Origin: an uncultured Methanomicrobiales archaeon | GTDB lineage: Archaea; Halobacteriota; Methanomicrobia; Methanomicrobiales; Methanospirillaceae | Length of the DNA stretch: 64,000 bases | NCBI GenBank assembly: GCA_963758915.1 | Contig: CAVWXH010000007.1 | Coordinates: forward strand, 1 to 64,000 | Direction of reading: 5' to 3' | Part shown: piece after piece, positions 21,411-33,282 of the stretch | Numbering within the stretch: position 1 is the stretch's first letter | Layout of the letters: every line of letters begins with the position of its first letter | Made by a program: the position numbers and the translations under genes | The notes under the pieces: generated by a model | Seen by the model: the letters and a program-made list of their open reading frames with translations, nothing else | Told to the model about the DNA's origin: nothing | Databases searched by the model: none

Positions 21411-22301
21411 TTGAAAGTCAATTCTTTGGGAGTCCTTGTGCTCCTCTTATTCGGAATAATCATTGCTTTTACCGGAATAGTGTGCGCCGATCCGGGTGTC
21501 CCGGCAGTTCCTGAGACACAGACCATCTCAACGGTAACATCTGGTGACGTTATTGGACTCACCATGGAGACCGATGCAGCAACATGGACTATTTCCAGTG
21601 GTGACCAACTCTATACAAAATGGGGAAGCTGGTCAGGAAATGATGACGAACTTAACACGACCGATGACTGCCAGTATACCACCGCCTACGATGCGAACAT
21701 TGTGGCACAGGCAGGACATACGGTATTCACCAAAACCATGAACGTCGATACCCGGAATAAGGTGACCAGCCAGTCCAATATCAACGCTCAAACCGGACTT
21801 ACCTTCGCGGCAACATCTGATGGTGGAAACCTGATCGGTTCAGAAAACCTCATGCTTGACGGTGCAGGAGACTCAACACCATCAGCAGACAAGATTCTCT
21901 GTCCATTTGCCTCCCCTGATGGCTATATCTCGTACTTCTGCAATATCGTCCAGGCTGGCAGCAGGTATGACCTGACCATCGGATCGGTAACCACTAATGC
22001 AAATGAACGATTCGTCGGTACCGACGCAACTAGCCCCGTCGTCCTGAACTATGCTATTAATGTCAAACCATATGGCACATCGCAGGGGCAGATACCCGCT
22101 AACGGTTTGGCAATGGCATATTTGAAAGCACATGTCCAGGGAGGCCGCGAATGGGCTTATGATCCAGTAACGGATATCCCCATGAAAGCAGAAGACATCA
22201 CCTATTCCGAAATAGGAAGTGCTCAGGGTACTATTACTGCCTTCAACAAACAAATGGGGTATACCTCACAGGTTACTTCGGTACCAATCATTAAGGATTG
22301 A
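21411..22301 (+). CDS. Secreted beta-rich protein, probable Methanospirillum major sheath protein (MspA/SH) family homologue
   Basis: GGAGG RBS + TTG; signal peptide then ADP..PETQ; LCPFAS...FCNIV Cys pair, LNYAINVKP and terminal SAQGTITAFNK resemble the sheath family (recalled, not searched). Confidence 0.65.
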   Translation: MKVNSLGVLVLLLFGIIIAFTGIVCADPGVPAVPETQTISTVTSGDVIGLTMETDAATWTISSGDQLYTKWGSWSGNDDELNTTDDCQYTTAYDANIVAQAGHTVFTKTMNVDTRNKVTSQSNINAQTGLTFAATSDGGNLIGSENLMLDGAGDSTPSADKILCPFASPDGYISYFCNIVQAGSRYDLTIGSVTTNANERFVGTDATSPVVLNYAINVKPYGTSQGQIPANGLAMAYLKAHVQGGREWAYDPVTDIPMKAEDITYSEIGSAQGTITAFNKQMGYTSQVTSVPIIKD

Positions 22302-22947
22302 GGAGGGGCCACATAGGATTCTCCCAAAAACCTTTTTTGCGATATTTTTTTTTAAAACGGATGGAGTATATACGCATATTCTTGAGGTCCGGTATTGTTG
22401 CGATCACGGCGGGTAATATAATACTCCCGGTTTTGTTTTCCGGAATAATTAACCTGATTTATACTGTTATATCGATTTCAAAGGATAAACCGGCCTTTTA
22501 TTATTTCCAATAAATTCCCACACTTCTGTCTTTACCCTGAATTCCTTCCGGGTCATTTCATTCCTGAAAGAGATATTGTACAAGCCCAGCTGATTTTCCG
22601 GCATATCCGATCCACTATCGGCCTGCCTGCATGCTCTACTTTCCGGGCCCCCTGATAAATAGCATATTTCTCAATTGGCAGAACGTGACCTCTGTTGTGA
22701 ATTGTCATTGTAATTCGATATTGAAGATCGTTGAAAATATAGGATCACAATGTTAATCGTTACATAAAAAAACTATAATTTCAGGGGGAGAAAGGGACAC
22801 ATTTTTGTGTGACACTCCTTAACAGAAGGCCTGACTTTTGGCTTTCCTGGCTTATCCTGAATAGTGGATACGCTTTGTTTTCTCTCCTTTGGTGATGCTG
22901 AAACTTTCGGTAAGGGTTCGGTAAAAATAATTGGTTGGTGAAATGGA

Positions 22948-23116
22948 GATGAAAGAGAACAATGTTTGTATTCTAAAGACAGGATATCGAAATAATTCAA
23001 TTTTCGTATTGTGTGCGATTTTCGCCCTGCTGCTGTTTGGGTTTATTGGTTTTGTTAGTGTGACGGATGATCATTTTCATACCAGGGTTATCAGTGAGAT
23101 TGAGAATAATTTTTAG
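22948..23116 (+). CDS. Possible small membrane peptide or signal-peptide remnant
   Basis: One hydrophobic stretch; ends 12 bp before the giant gene. Confidence 0.25.
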
Positions 23117-23128
23117 GGGGAAACCTAA

Positions 23129-26100
23129 ATGAAAAGTCCAAATAGTTCTGTAAAAATTATGGAAATCGTGTGTATTGTTTTGCTTTGTCTCTCTTTTGGG
23201 ATGGCTTCTGTTTCAGCTTGGAAAATTGAAACAGTGGATTCAAATCCGCTAGGTAGTTATCAAGGAGGCACAGCCATCGCGCTCGATTCTTCTGGAGATC
23301 CAAATATCGCATTTGTCCATTGGAATAATAAATCAATCAGATATGCTACAAAATCCGGAGAAAGCTGGCTTGTGATGCCTGTTTCCAGTCCTACGTATGC
23401 CTATCCCGATCCATCACTCAAGATAGGCATAAATGGAATTCCCCAGTTGGTATATTACGACGTGGTGAATTTTGGCAATCCTGCAATAGTCTATGCAATT
23501 CTCCAGATGGGAACGTGGTCAAAACAGAAAATCGATAAAAGTTCTATGCCTTCTTCTTCGGGCGCATCCCATGCCTTGGCTCTTGATTCATATGATCGGC
23601 CGCATGTTGTCTATACGGGTTATAATGACTATTCCCTTAAATATGCCTGGTTTGATAATGCAGAAGGTAAATGGAAGAATGAAACAGTAGATCCGTATGC
23701 AAATATGGGTCCATTTTCATCAGCCGCCATCGATTCATCGAATCATCTCCATGTAGCGTATATTTCTAAGGACCAGAGAAGCTTGGAATATTACTATTAT
23801 GATGGACTCACCTGGACTAACACTACGGTATATAATGGAGGAAACTCGTATGCAGTCGGTTCTTATTGTTCAATCGATGTTGATGGATCAGGAAAACCCC
23901 ATATTGCGTTTGCCAAAAACTATAATGAACTGAATTATGCACGTTTTGATGGAACCCAGTGGATAATTGTCCGAGTTCCCGGACAATATGCAGCGGATGT
24001 TTCAATTGATGTAACCGAAGCAGGACTTCCATCCATCGCCTTTACAGACCATGGAAATGGAACGAACGCGGAATTGAAATATACCTGGTATGATGGACAA
24101 CAATGGAGAGTTCAGGTTATTGATACAGATGGGGATACAGGCCATGGGAGTAAGCTAGCAGTGGATTCAGCCGGAGCTGCCCATATCGTGTATTATGATG
24201 ATTCTCCTGTAACAGTTCATAGATTGCTGTATGCGGTAAATCATGCCCCAATTCTTAATTCGATTGGTTCAAAAGAGGTAAACCTTGGTAATACCATTAG
24301 TATATCATTAACCGCAACGGATGCCGAAGGAGATCCCCTAACCTATTCTACAAGCACCTTACCAAGCGGGGCAACATTGACTGGATCAACCTTCTCATGG
24401 ACACCAGGCGCTGGGCAAGTTGGAAACTTCCCTGTAACTATCACGGTCAGTGACGGGATCTTCATCGATAGTGAAATGATCACTATTACAGTGAATTCGG
24501 CACCAACCCCAGTACCGACCGTCACCGGCATCACACCGGCCACCGGCCCGCTTGCTGGCGGTACCTCAATTATCATCACCGGGACAGGTTTTACAGGAGC
24601 GACGGCGGTAAACTTTGGCAGCACACCGGCAACCTCGTATACAGTTAACAATGCCACCCAGATCACCGCGATTTCTCCAGCGGGGACCGGAACTGTTGAT
24701 ATCCGGGTAACTTCTTCTGGTGGTACATCTGAAACGGGATCAGTCGACCAGTTCACGTATGCACCACCGCTTCCACCAGGTCAGACTCCATGCACTTCCT
24801 GTATGGTGATTAATAATCCAGGTGTGTATGTCCTGCAGAATGATATCCTGAACAGCACTGCAACGAAGTGTATTGATATCCGATCATCCGATGTTACGTT
24901 CGATGGCAATGGACACACGATTGACGGAATTGGAACAACTTTCAGTACAGGGATATATGCAATGATGTACCCTCAAATGATTAGGGTCACGATAAAAAAT
25001 GTCACCGTAACTGACTGGTCCAGTGGTATCGACACCTCCTACGCCATAACGGAAGTGTTGAATTCAAATGCCTTACGCAATAGTGAGAGTGGCATCAGTA
25101 TTTGGAATGCACCGGATGGTACCCATCAGGGGAAACAGAGTAATCAATAGTACCTAAAAATTTTGGTTTATATCTTTCCAATGTCTCGTTTTCGATGATA
25201 TCTGATAATATTGTCGAAAGTATTCCCGGAGATGGAATAGCCCTCGGTTATAAGTCAAATAATAATACATTCATAAATAACACAGTATCCGGCAGTTTTG
25301 ATGGCATATCCCTTACAAGCTCGAGAAATAATACTTTCACAGATACCATTGCGTTTGGAAATAAGCAGTGTGGGATTAGTATCGGGACATCATCCTATAA
25401 CAACCGTTTTGTGAATACTACAACGAAGGGTAATAACTGGGGGATTAGTGTGTCTTCATCTGACAATAATATTTTTTTGAATCTTAACAGTTCAAATAAT
25501 CAATATGGCGTAGATTTATCAAATTCTAATTCTACGATAATCACCCAGAGTACGATCAGCAACAATTTAATATATGGACTCTCTCCCGCATTTTATAACG
25601 ACAATAGTTACAATATTACCATTTACAACAATTTCCTGAACAACACCCAGAATATAATGTTTTATAAATCCAATCCGAATACCTGGAACATCACAAAGAC
25701 ATCGGGAACAAACATTATCGGGGGTGCATTCCTCGGCGGTAACTATTGGGCAAATCCATCTGGCACCGGCTTTTCACAGACTTCCATGGATGCAAACGGG
25801 GATGGTATCTGCGATTCTGCATATACCATCGGAACGGGAAATATCGATTATTTGCCTCTTGGAGGTAAAAGGGACACGACACCGCCGGTAATTCTCCCGA
25901 TCTCCAACCCAACCCCGGTTCTCCCTGGAGCCAACGTAGTCATTAACGCCACAGTCACTGACAACGCCGGAGTAGCGGGGGCAAACGCAACGGTTAATTC
26001 AACAATATATACCATGACCGCCGTTGACGGTATATTTGGCGGTACCAATGAAGCGGTTAGTGTAACAATCCCGGCTTCAGTCTTACATATCGGGACCAAT

Positions 26101-29100
26101 ATCGTAACGATAACTGCAAGCGATGCAGCTGGGAACACCGTGACAGCACCACCCTTTATCGTGACCATTACCAATCCGAATCACCCTCCTATTCTCGACC
26201 CAATTGCGAGCCAGACTGTTACAAAGGGGCAGACCCTGATAATTACTGTATCAGCGAATGATTCAGATGGTGACGAACTCGTCTACACAGCTGATAACTT
26301 GCCTGCTGGAGCAACATTTGACTCAGTAACCAGAACTTTCTCCTGGACACCTGACGTTCAACAATTAGGCACCTATCATGTAGTATTTAGTGTTAAAGAT
26401 TCAATTGCCAGCGATAGCGAGACAGTAAAAATTACAATAAACGATCCAAATACCTATCCACTTGCGATTACAACAGACCAGTATGTAAATACGGTAAGTA
26501 CTGTTGATTTGTCGCATAGTCCGGCACTGATTACTATCTTGGGAAGCACTATCGGGCAACCGATGGATGTCGCAGTCAGTCCTGATTATAGTAGGGCTTT
26601 GGTGTCAGGCACCAATCAGGGAGAAGTAATAGTCTTTGACTTAACTCAGGCCCCGGCCCAGGAAATATCAAGGATAAGTGTAGGTGGAAGACCACAACAA
26701 ATTGCCATCACCCCTGATGGCAGAAAAGCGATTGTGGGCAATTCTCAAAATTATAACATAACAATACTGGATATATCTGATACGTCTCCGTCAATCCTCC
26801 AAGAAATAACCTTAAGTGGCAATCCGTATGGTGTAGGAATCACCAATGATGGGAACTACGCATTGGTATCAGTAATCACAAACCCCGGAAAACTATATGT
26901 AATTGATTTAAAAACAACTCCGGCCACTATCAAATATTCCCTTAATATTGCAAAATACAGTGAATTTATTGGAATGGATCCGAATGGAAAAACGGCAGTC
27001 GTGACTATGTTTGATATGACAGGGAACGTTACTATCGTTGATCTTACCACTGAACCGTTCACAGTAAAGGGTTATGTTTTGGTTGGGCACAACCCCGGTT
27101 CGGAACCCGCAATAACTCCAGATGGAAAATATGCCCTTGTAGGGAATTCGGATGATGATACCCTATCCGTGATTGATGTATCGTTGAGTTCGCCTGCGGT
27201 CGTGAAAACTCTATCAGTTGGGGATGATCCACGAGGTGTAGGCATTATTGATACCCAGAATGTTGCGCTTGTGGCGAACAGAGGTGTAGGAAATTCGCTA
27301 ACGAAAATTGATCTTAATACACTTACAGTCATTGGGACGATTACTGGATTAGCTTCACCAAATCATGTATCTGTGTATTATAAGGTAAAAGTGAATAATC
27401 CTCCAGCTCTAGCAATGATCGGAAATAAGACATTGAATGAAGGGGAGCAACTGAATTTCAACTTGTCAGCCATAGATGCAGATGGAGACCCCCTCACATA
27501 CAATGCAACCGGTGTTCCCAGATGGGCTACTTTCAATCCAGTTACAAAGACCTTCTCCGGAACGCCAGGATATTCCGATGCCGGTAGTTCAAGTGTTACA
27601 TTCTCAGTTACTGATGGTTCTCTCACCGACACGGAAGTCATTACGATTACCATAAACAATGTTAATCGGGCCCCGGTAGCAGCAGAACAGTCAGTAACAA
27701 CCGATGAGAATATTGCTGAAGCAATCACTCTCACTGCAACTGACGGTGATAACGACCCGATGACGTTCTCGGTTGTTACCGGTCCAGCCCACGGTACTCT
27801 GTCAGGAACCGCACCCGCTCTGACGTACACGCCAACTGCTAACTACAATGGTGCTGACTCGTTCACGTTCAAGGCTAATGACGGCACAGCAGATTCGAAT
27901 ACGGCAACGGTCAGCATTACGGTGAACCTGGTGAATGTAGCCCCGGTAGCAGCAGAACAGTCAGTAACAACCGATGAGAATATTGCTGAAGCAATCACTC
28001 TCACTGCAACTGACGGTGATAACGACCCGATGACGTTCTCGGTTGTTACCGGTCCAGCCCACGGTACTCTGTCAGGAACCGCACCCGCTCTGACGTACAC
28101 GCCAACTGCTAACTACAATGGTGCTGACTCGTTCACGTTCAAGGCTAATGACGGCACAGCAGATTCGAATACGGCAACGGTCAGCATTACGGTGAACCTG
28201 GTGAATATAGCCCCGGTAGCAGCAGAACAGTCAGTAACCACCGATGAGAATATCGCTACAGCAATCACTCTCACAGCAACTGACGCTGATAACGACCCGA
28301 TGACGTTCTCGGTTGTTACCGGTCCAGCCCACGGTACTCTCTCTGGAACCGCACCAGATCTGACCTACACGCCTACTGCTAACTACAATGGCGCTGACTC
28401 GTTCACGTTCAAGGCCAACGATAGTTTAGTAGATTCGAATACTGCAACGGTCAGCATTACGGTGAACCTGGTGAATGTAGCCCCGGTTGCAGCAGAACAG
28501 TCAGTAACCACCGATGAGAATATCGCTACAGCAATCACTCTCACTGCAACTGACGGTGATAACGACCCGATGACGTTCTCGGTTGTTACCGGTCCAGCCC
28601 ACGGTACTCTGTCAGGAACCGCACCCGCTCTGACGTACACGCCAACTGCTAACTACAATGGTGCTGACTCGTTCACGTTCAAGGCCAACGATAGTTTAGT
28701 AGATTCGAATACTGCAACGGTCAGTATTATTGTGAACCTGGTGAATGTAGCCCCGGTAGCAGCAGACCAGTCTGTAACCACCGATGAGAATATCGCTACA
28801 GCAATCACTCTCACAGCAACTGACGGTGATAACGACCCGATGACGTTCTCGGTTGTTACCGGTCCAGCTCACGGTACTCTGTCAGGAACCGCACCCGCTC
28901 TGACCTACACGCCAACTGCTAACTTCAATGGCGCTGACTCGTTCACGTTCAAGGCCAACGATGGTTTAGTAGATTCGAATACTGCAACGGTCAGTATTAT
29001 TGTGAACCTGGTGAATGTAGCCCCGGTAGCTGCAGAACAGTCTGTAACCACCGATGAGAATATCGCTACAGCAATCACTCTCACAGCAACTGACGGTGAT

Positions 29101-31393
29101 AACGACCCGATGACGTTCTCGGTTGTCACCGGTCCTGCTCACGGTACTCTGTCTGGAACCGCACCAGATCTGACCTACACGCCTACTGCTAACTACAATG
29201 GCGCTGACTCGTTCACGTTCAAGGCCAACGATAGTTTAGTAGATTCGAATATTGCAACGGTCAGTATTACGGTGAACCTGGTGAATGTAGCCCCGGTTGC
29301 TGCAGAACAGTCTGTAACCACCGATGAGAATATCGCTACACCAATCACTCTCACTGCAACTGACGGTGATAACGACCCGATGACGTTCTCGGTTGTTACC
29401 GGTCCTGCTCACGGTACTCTGTCCGGTATCGCACCAGATCTGACCTACACGCCTACTGCTAACTACAATGGCGCTGACTCGTTCACGTTCAAGGCCAACG
29501 ATAGTTTAGTAGATTCGAATATTGCAACGGTCAGCATTATTGTGAACCTGGTGAATGTAGCCCCGGTAGCAGCAGAACAGTCTGTAACCACCGATGAGAA
29601 TATCGCTACAGCAATCACTCTCACAGCAACTGACGGTGATAACGACCCGATGACGTTCTCGGTTGTTACCGGTCCAGCTCACGGTACTCTGTCCGGAACA
29701 GCACCAGATCTGACCTACACGCCTACTGCTAACTACAATGGTGCTGACTCGTTCACGTTCAAGGCCAACGATAGTTTAGTAGATTCGAATACTGCAACGG
29801 TCAGTATTATTGTGAACGTAAACCAGCCACCAAATATCGACGAGAACTCGGTCCTGTTTGATTCATCGATCACTGAAGGAGAGGCCCTGATCTTTATTGT
29901 CAGAGCGGAAGGAACAATACCGTTGGTCTATAATATCAGCCCATTAGACGGGGCTTCAATCAATCCCTCAACCGGAGAATTCATCTACACGGCCCCTGCG
30001 GGAAGTGCCGGGAGTTATGATATCACAATCACCGTGACTGATGCAAATACACTCACTGATTCTGTAACGATTCATATCACCGTTACCAGCGTCCCCATCC
30101 CGAACCAGCCACCAGTTCTATCCACAATCGGAAATAAAACCAAAAACGTTGGAGAATTGTTGACTTTCAGCATAAATGCTATAGATCCGGATGGAAACCC
30201 TCTAACCTACTCAGCATCAGGTCTACCTGCAAATGCCACATTCACTGGAACCACCTTCACTTGGACTCCTGCATTGAACCAGGTGGGGACACACACGGTT
30301 ACTTTCACTGTATCAGACGGCTCACTAAGCGATTCCGAAACAATCACCATAACTGTGACCAGTGTCATCAACCCGAACCTGCCTCCCGTCCTCGACCCAA
30401 TCGGGAACCAGACAGCAAGCCAGGGGCAACTCCTGACGTTCACAGTATCAGCCTTCAGATCCGGATAGTGCGACACTTACCTACTCGGCATCCGGGCTAC
30501 CAGCTGGCGCCACCTTCAACCCCTCAACAAAGACCTTCACCTGGACACCAGGCACCACTCAGTCAGGAAACTACCTCGTTAACTTCACAGTGTCGGATGG
30601 CTCTTTGACCGATTCAGAAGATGTGACAATAACCGTAACCAGCGTCAACAGCCCACCTGTCATTACTGCAATCGAATTCCCGGCAGACCCATACCAGAAA
30701 GGTTCAACTGTTTCGGTAACCGGATCATTCACCGATCCAGATACGACTGACACCCATACAGCCCAGTTCGCCTGGGGTGACGGGGCAACGTCAGCAGGAA
30801 TAGTTACTAAATCCGGAACAACAGGATCGGTTACCGGAAGTCATCTGTTCAATACCGTGGGTATTTACACCGTGAACCTGACCGTGACTGATTCAAAAGG
30901 GGCCGCAACAACCGCCTCATCAACAGATTTCGTGGTAATATATGATCCGGAGGGCCAGTTTGTAACCGGTGGAGGCGGCTACACCTCAGTTGCGGGATTA
31001 TACCTGCCAGATCCAACACTTACCGGAAAGGCGAGTTATGGCTTCAATGCAAAGTATAAGAAAGGGACGATGATCCCAGAGGGCAACACGGAATTCAAGA
31101 TTAAAGAGAAAAAAGGTGAAAAAGTCAAGTTCAAAGCAACCAGTTATGACTGGCTTGTGATAAGCGGAGCAAAAGCGACCTTCAGGGGATCAGGTACTAT
31201 CGATAAGGAAGGTAATTACGGATTCCTGATATCGTGTATTGACGGCACACTGGCAGGAACGGATGATAAGATCCGCGTGAGTATCTGGGACAAAGCCACA
31301 AACGCAGTCATTTATGACAACCAGCCGGGTGCCGGGATCAACGATGCCCCCACAATGAAAACAGAGGAAGGAAATATCAAAATCCATAAGTGA
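23129..31393 (+). CDS. Giant multidomain surface protein/adhesin (~2750 aa once three +1 frameshifts are corrected)
   Basis: ORFs 23129-25150, 25195-30468 and 30590-31393 join by removing one base each near 25123, 25154 and 30454. Domains: signal peptide, propeller-like repeats, He_PIG Ig, IPT/TIG, NosD beta-helix, YVTN propeller, 8 cadherin/Big_9 repeats, PKD (FAWGDG). Confidence 0.85.
27670..29829 (+). repeat. 8 tandem 270-bp (90 aa) near-identical Big_9/cadherin-like repeats
   Basis: Unit start GCCCCGGT(A/T)GC at 27670, 27940, 28210, 28480, 28750, 29020, 29290, 29560. Confidence 0.97.
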
Positions 31394-31430
31394 GAGGATC
31401 ATGAAAGAAAGGGAGGAATCTCCCTTGTAC

Positions 31431-31446
31431 CCTTTTTTATTTTTTA
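31431..31446 (+). terminator. Oligo-T archaeal terminator after the giant gene
   Basis: CCTTTTTTATTTTTT about 40 bp after the stop. Confidence 0.5.
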
Positions 31447-31554
31447 ATCCCCCCGATTGATCCATGGGTTTATTATCTCGCGCTTCAAACAACCGCAACA
31501 AGGCGGTTGAATCAGGTTATTGCCGGTAACCAGGTCTGACCCGGGCAGGTCCCC

Positions 31555-33045
31555 ATGCTGGAACAATGTGATCTGACAGAAACCACTGATGATAAAACGC
31601 TGGAAAAGGAGTTCCCACCACTCCAGGAGATGCTGGGTGTACTTCAGCGCACGGTCCAGAGCCGGAAAATCCCGGTTATAATCGTGATCGAAGGCTGGGA
31701 CGAATCAGGGATAACAGAAATTACGAGGGAGATCATCAGGTCGTTTGACCCTCGTGGCTATGACCTCTATGCAATCAAGGCCCCGACACCCGAGGAGACC
31801 GCGTACCCGTTCATGTGGAGGTTCTGGGGTAAAACACCTGAAAGCGGGCGTATAGCAATTTTTGCCAGGAGTTGGTACAGCAGGGCAATTAACGAAGAGA
31901 TGAAAAGACCTGGCTGGAAGAAATCGTTCAAAGGGAAGAGGGCCTCGATCAATAATTTTGAACGGCAATTTAGCAATGCCGGCGCGGTTATTATCAAATT
32001 TTTCCTGCACATCAGCAAGGAGGAACAGAAACGGCGCCTCGAACACCAGGAAAGAAACCCGCTGACCGCGTGGCAGGTCACCCCACGGATCTGGGCAGTC
32101 CATCACCAGTACGATGAGAACCTGCAGGTGATCGATGACCTGATCGAGAAAACGGATACCGATTATGCACCATGGCATATAATCCCGGCAACAGACCTCG
32201 GGTTGGCACTGTTGAAAGTTAATTCAGCCCTGGTGAAGGCACTGGAAGACCGGATCGATAAAAAAATTACTGACAGGAAAGGCACCACGAAGAAAGAGAA
32301 GAATTTCAACAGGGAAGTCCACCTCCCGAAGGCAAGGATGGTACAACTTGAGTCATCACCCCCTGCAGCCTGCATTAAGGAAGAATGCCAGGCGTCACTT
32401 GAACACCTCCAGTTCGAGATGATCGAGTTCCATTCTATCCTGCACAAGCGTAAGATCCCGTTGATTATTGTCTATGAGGGACGGGACGCTGCCGGAAAAG
32501 GGGGTAGTATCCTTCGGATTTCACGGTTTATGCACCCGTTCGGTTTCAATGTCGCGCCGGTTGGTGCACCTACCGATACCGAGAAAAAGCACCATTATCT
32601 CTGGAGATTTTACCAGAAGTACCCGAAAGCCGGGCATATCACCATCTTTGACCGGAGCTGGTACGGGCGTGTCCTTGTTGAACGGGTGGAGGGGTTCTGT
32701 TCAGAAAATGAATGGAAACGGTCGTACACTGAGATCAATGAAATGGAAGAGGAATTTACCGATAATGGGGGAGGTATCATTAAGTTCTGGCTTGAAATCA
32801 ATAAAGATGAGCAGCTGAAACGGTTCCAGCAGCGTGTTGCTGACCCGTTAAAGATCTGGAAAATTACAGAAGAAGACTGGCGGAACCGGGAGAAATGGGA
32901 CCTCTATACCCGGGCAATCGATGATATGCTCTCATATACCAACACCGATTATGCACCCTGGACCGTCATTCCGTCTGATGATAAATGGTATGCCAGGGTC
33001 AAGACGATGAAGACGCTCGTGGACTATGGACAATCAATTTTTTGA
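31555..33045 (+). CDS. Two-domain PPK2 family polyphosphate:AMP phosphotransferase
   Basis: Tandem PPK2 domains; C-domain EGRDAAGKGG and FDRSWYGRV intact; N-domain EGWDESGI/FARSWY degenerate. Confidence 0.9.
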   Translation: MLEQCDLTETTDDKTLEKEFPPLQEMLGVLQRTVQSRKIPVIIVIEGWDESGITEITREIIRSFDPRGYDLYAIKAPTPEETAYPFMWRFWGKTPESGRIAIFARSWYSRAINEEMKRPGWKKSFKGKRASINNFERQFSNAGAVIIKFFLHISKEEQKRRLEHQERNPLTAWQVTPRIWAVHHQYDENLQVIDDLIEKTDTDYAPWHIIPATDLGLALLKVNSALVKALEDRIDKKITDRKGTTKKEKNFNREVHLPKARMVQLESSPPAACIKEECQASLEHLQFEMIEFHSILHKRKIPLIIVYEGRDAAGKGGSILRISRFMHPFGFNVAPVGAPTDTEKKHHYLWRFYQKYPKAGHITIFDRSWYGRVLVERVEGFCSENEWKRSYTEINEMEEEFTDNGGGIIKFWLEINKDEQLKRFQQRVADPLKIWKITEEDWRNREKWDLYTRAIDDMLSYTNTDYAPWTVIPSDDKWYARVKTMKTLVDYGQSIF

Positions 33046-33282
33046 GTTTTCCCGGATATCCAGCCCTTTTTTCCGGAACTTTCAGGTCATGTTACAACAC
33101 GAAAATCTGCCGGTTGCACCAGGAAATTTCCGTTATAACATTCGAAATTTCACGGGATGACGATTCCTTCGCCATGGATACATACCAAATGAGAACCCCG
33201 CATGGTACCGGGGAATGGAAACGTCCATGTTTAAGAACAATCATTACGATAGTTCTAATGGAATTACAGGCCGGGTCTTCTC

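Noticed and set aside
27670-29829. Regular repeats as a CRISPR array or DGR template/variable repeats
   Set aside because: They are 270-bp in-frame coding units without spacers; no cas or reverse transcriptase gene, and variation is not adenine-specific
25148-30468. Both internal fragments of the giant gene end in TAG, suggesting pyrrolysine readthrough
   Set aside because: The downstream coding continues in a different frame; upstream +1 insertions explain the stops
21163-31500. Integrative element at tRNA-Leu
   Set aside because: No integrase and no duplicated tRNA 3' end noticed; only the composition is suggestive
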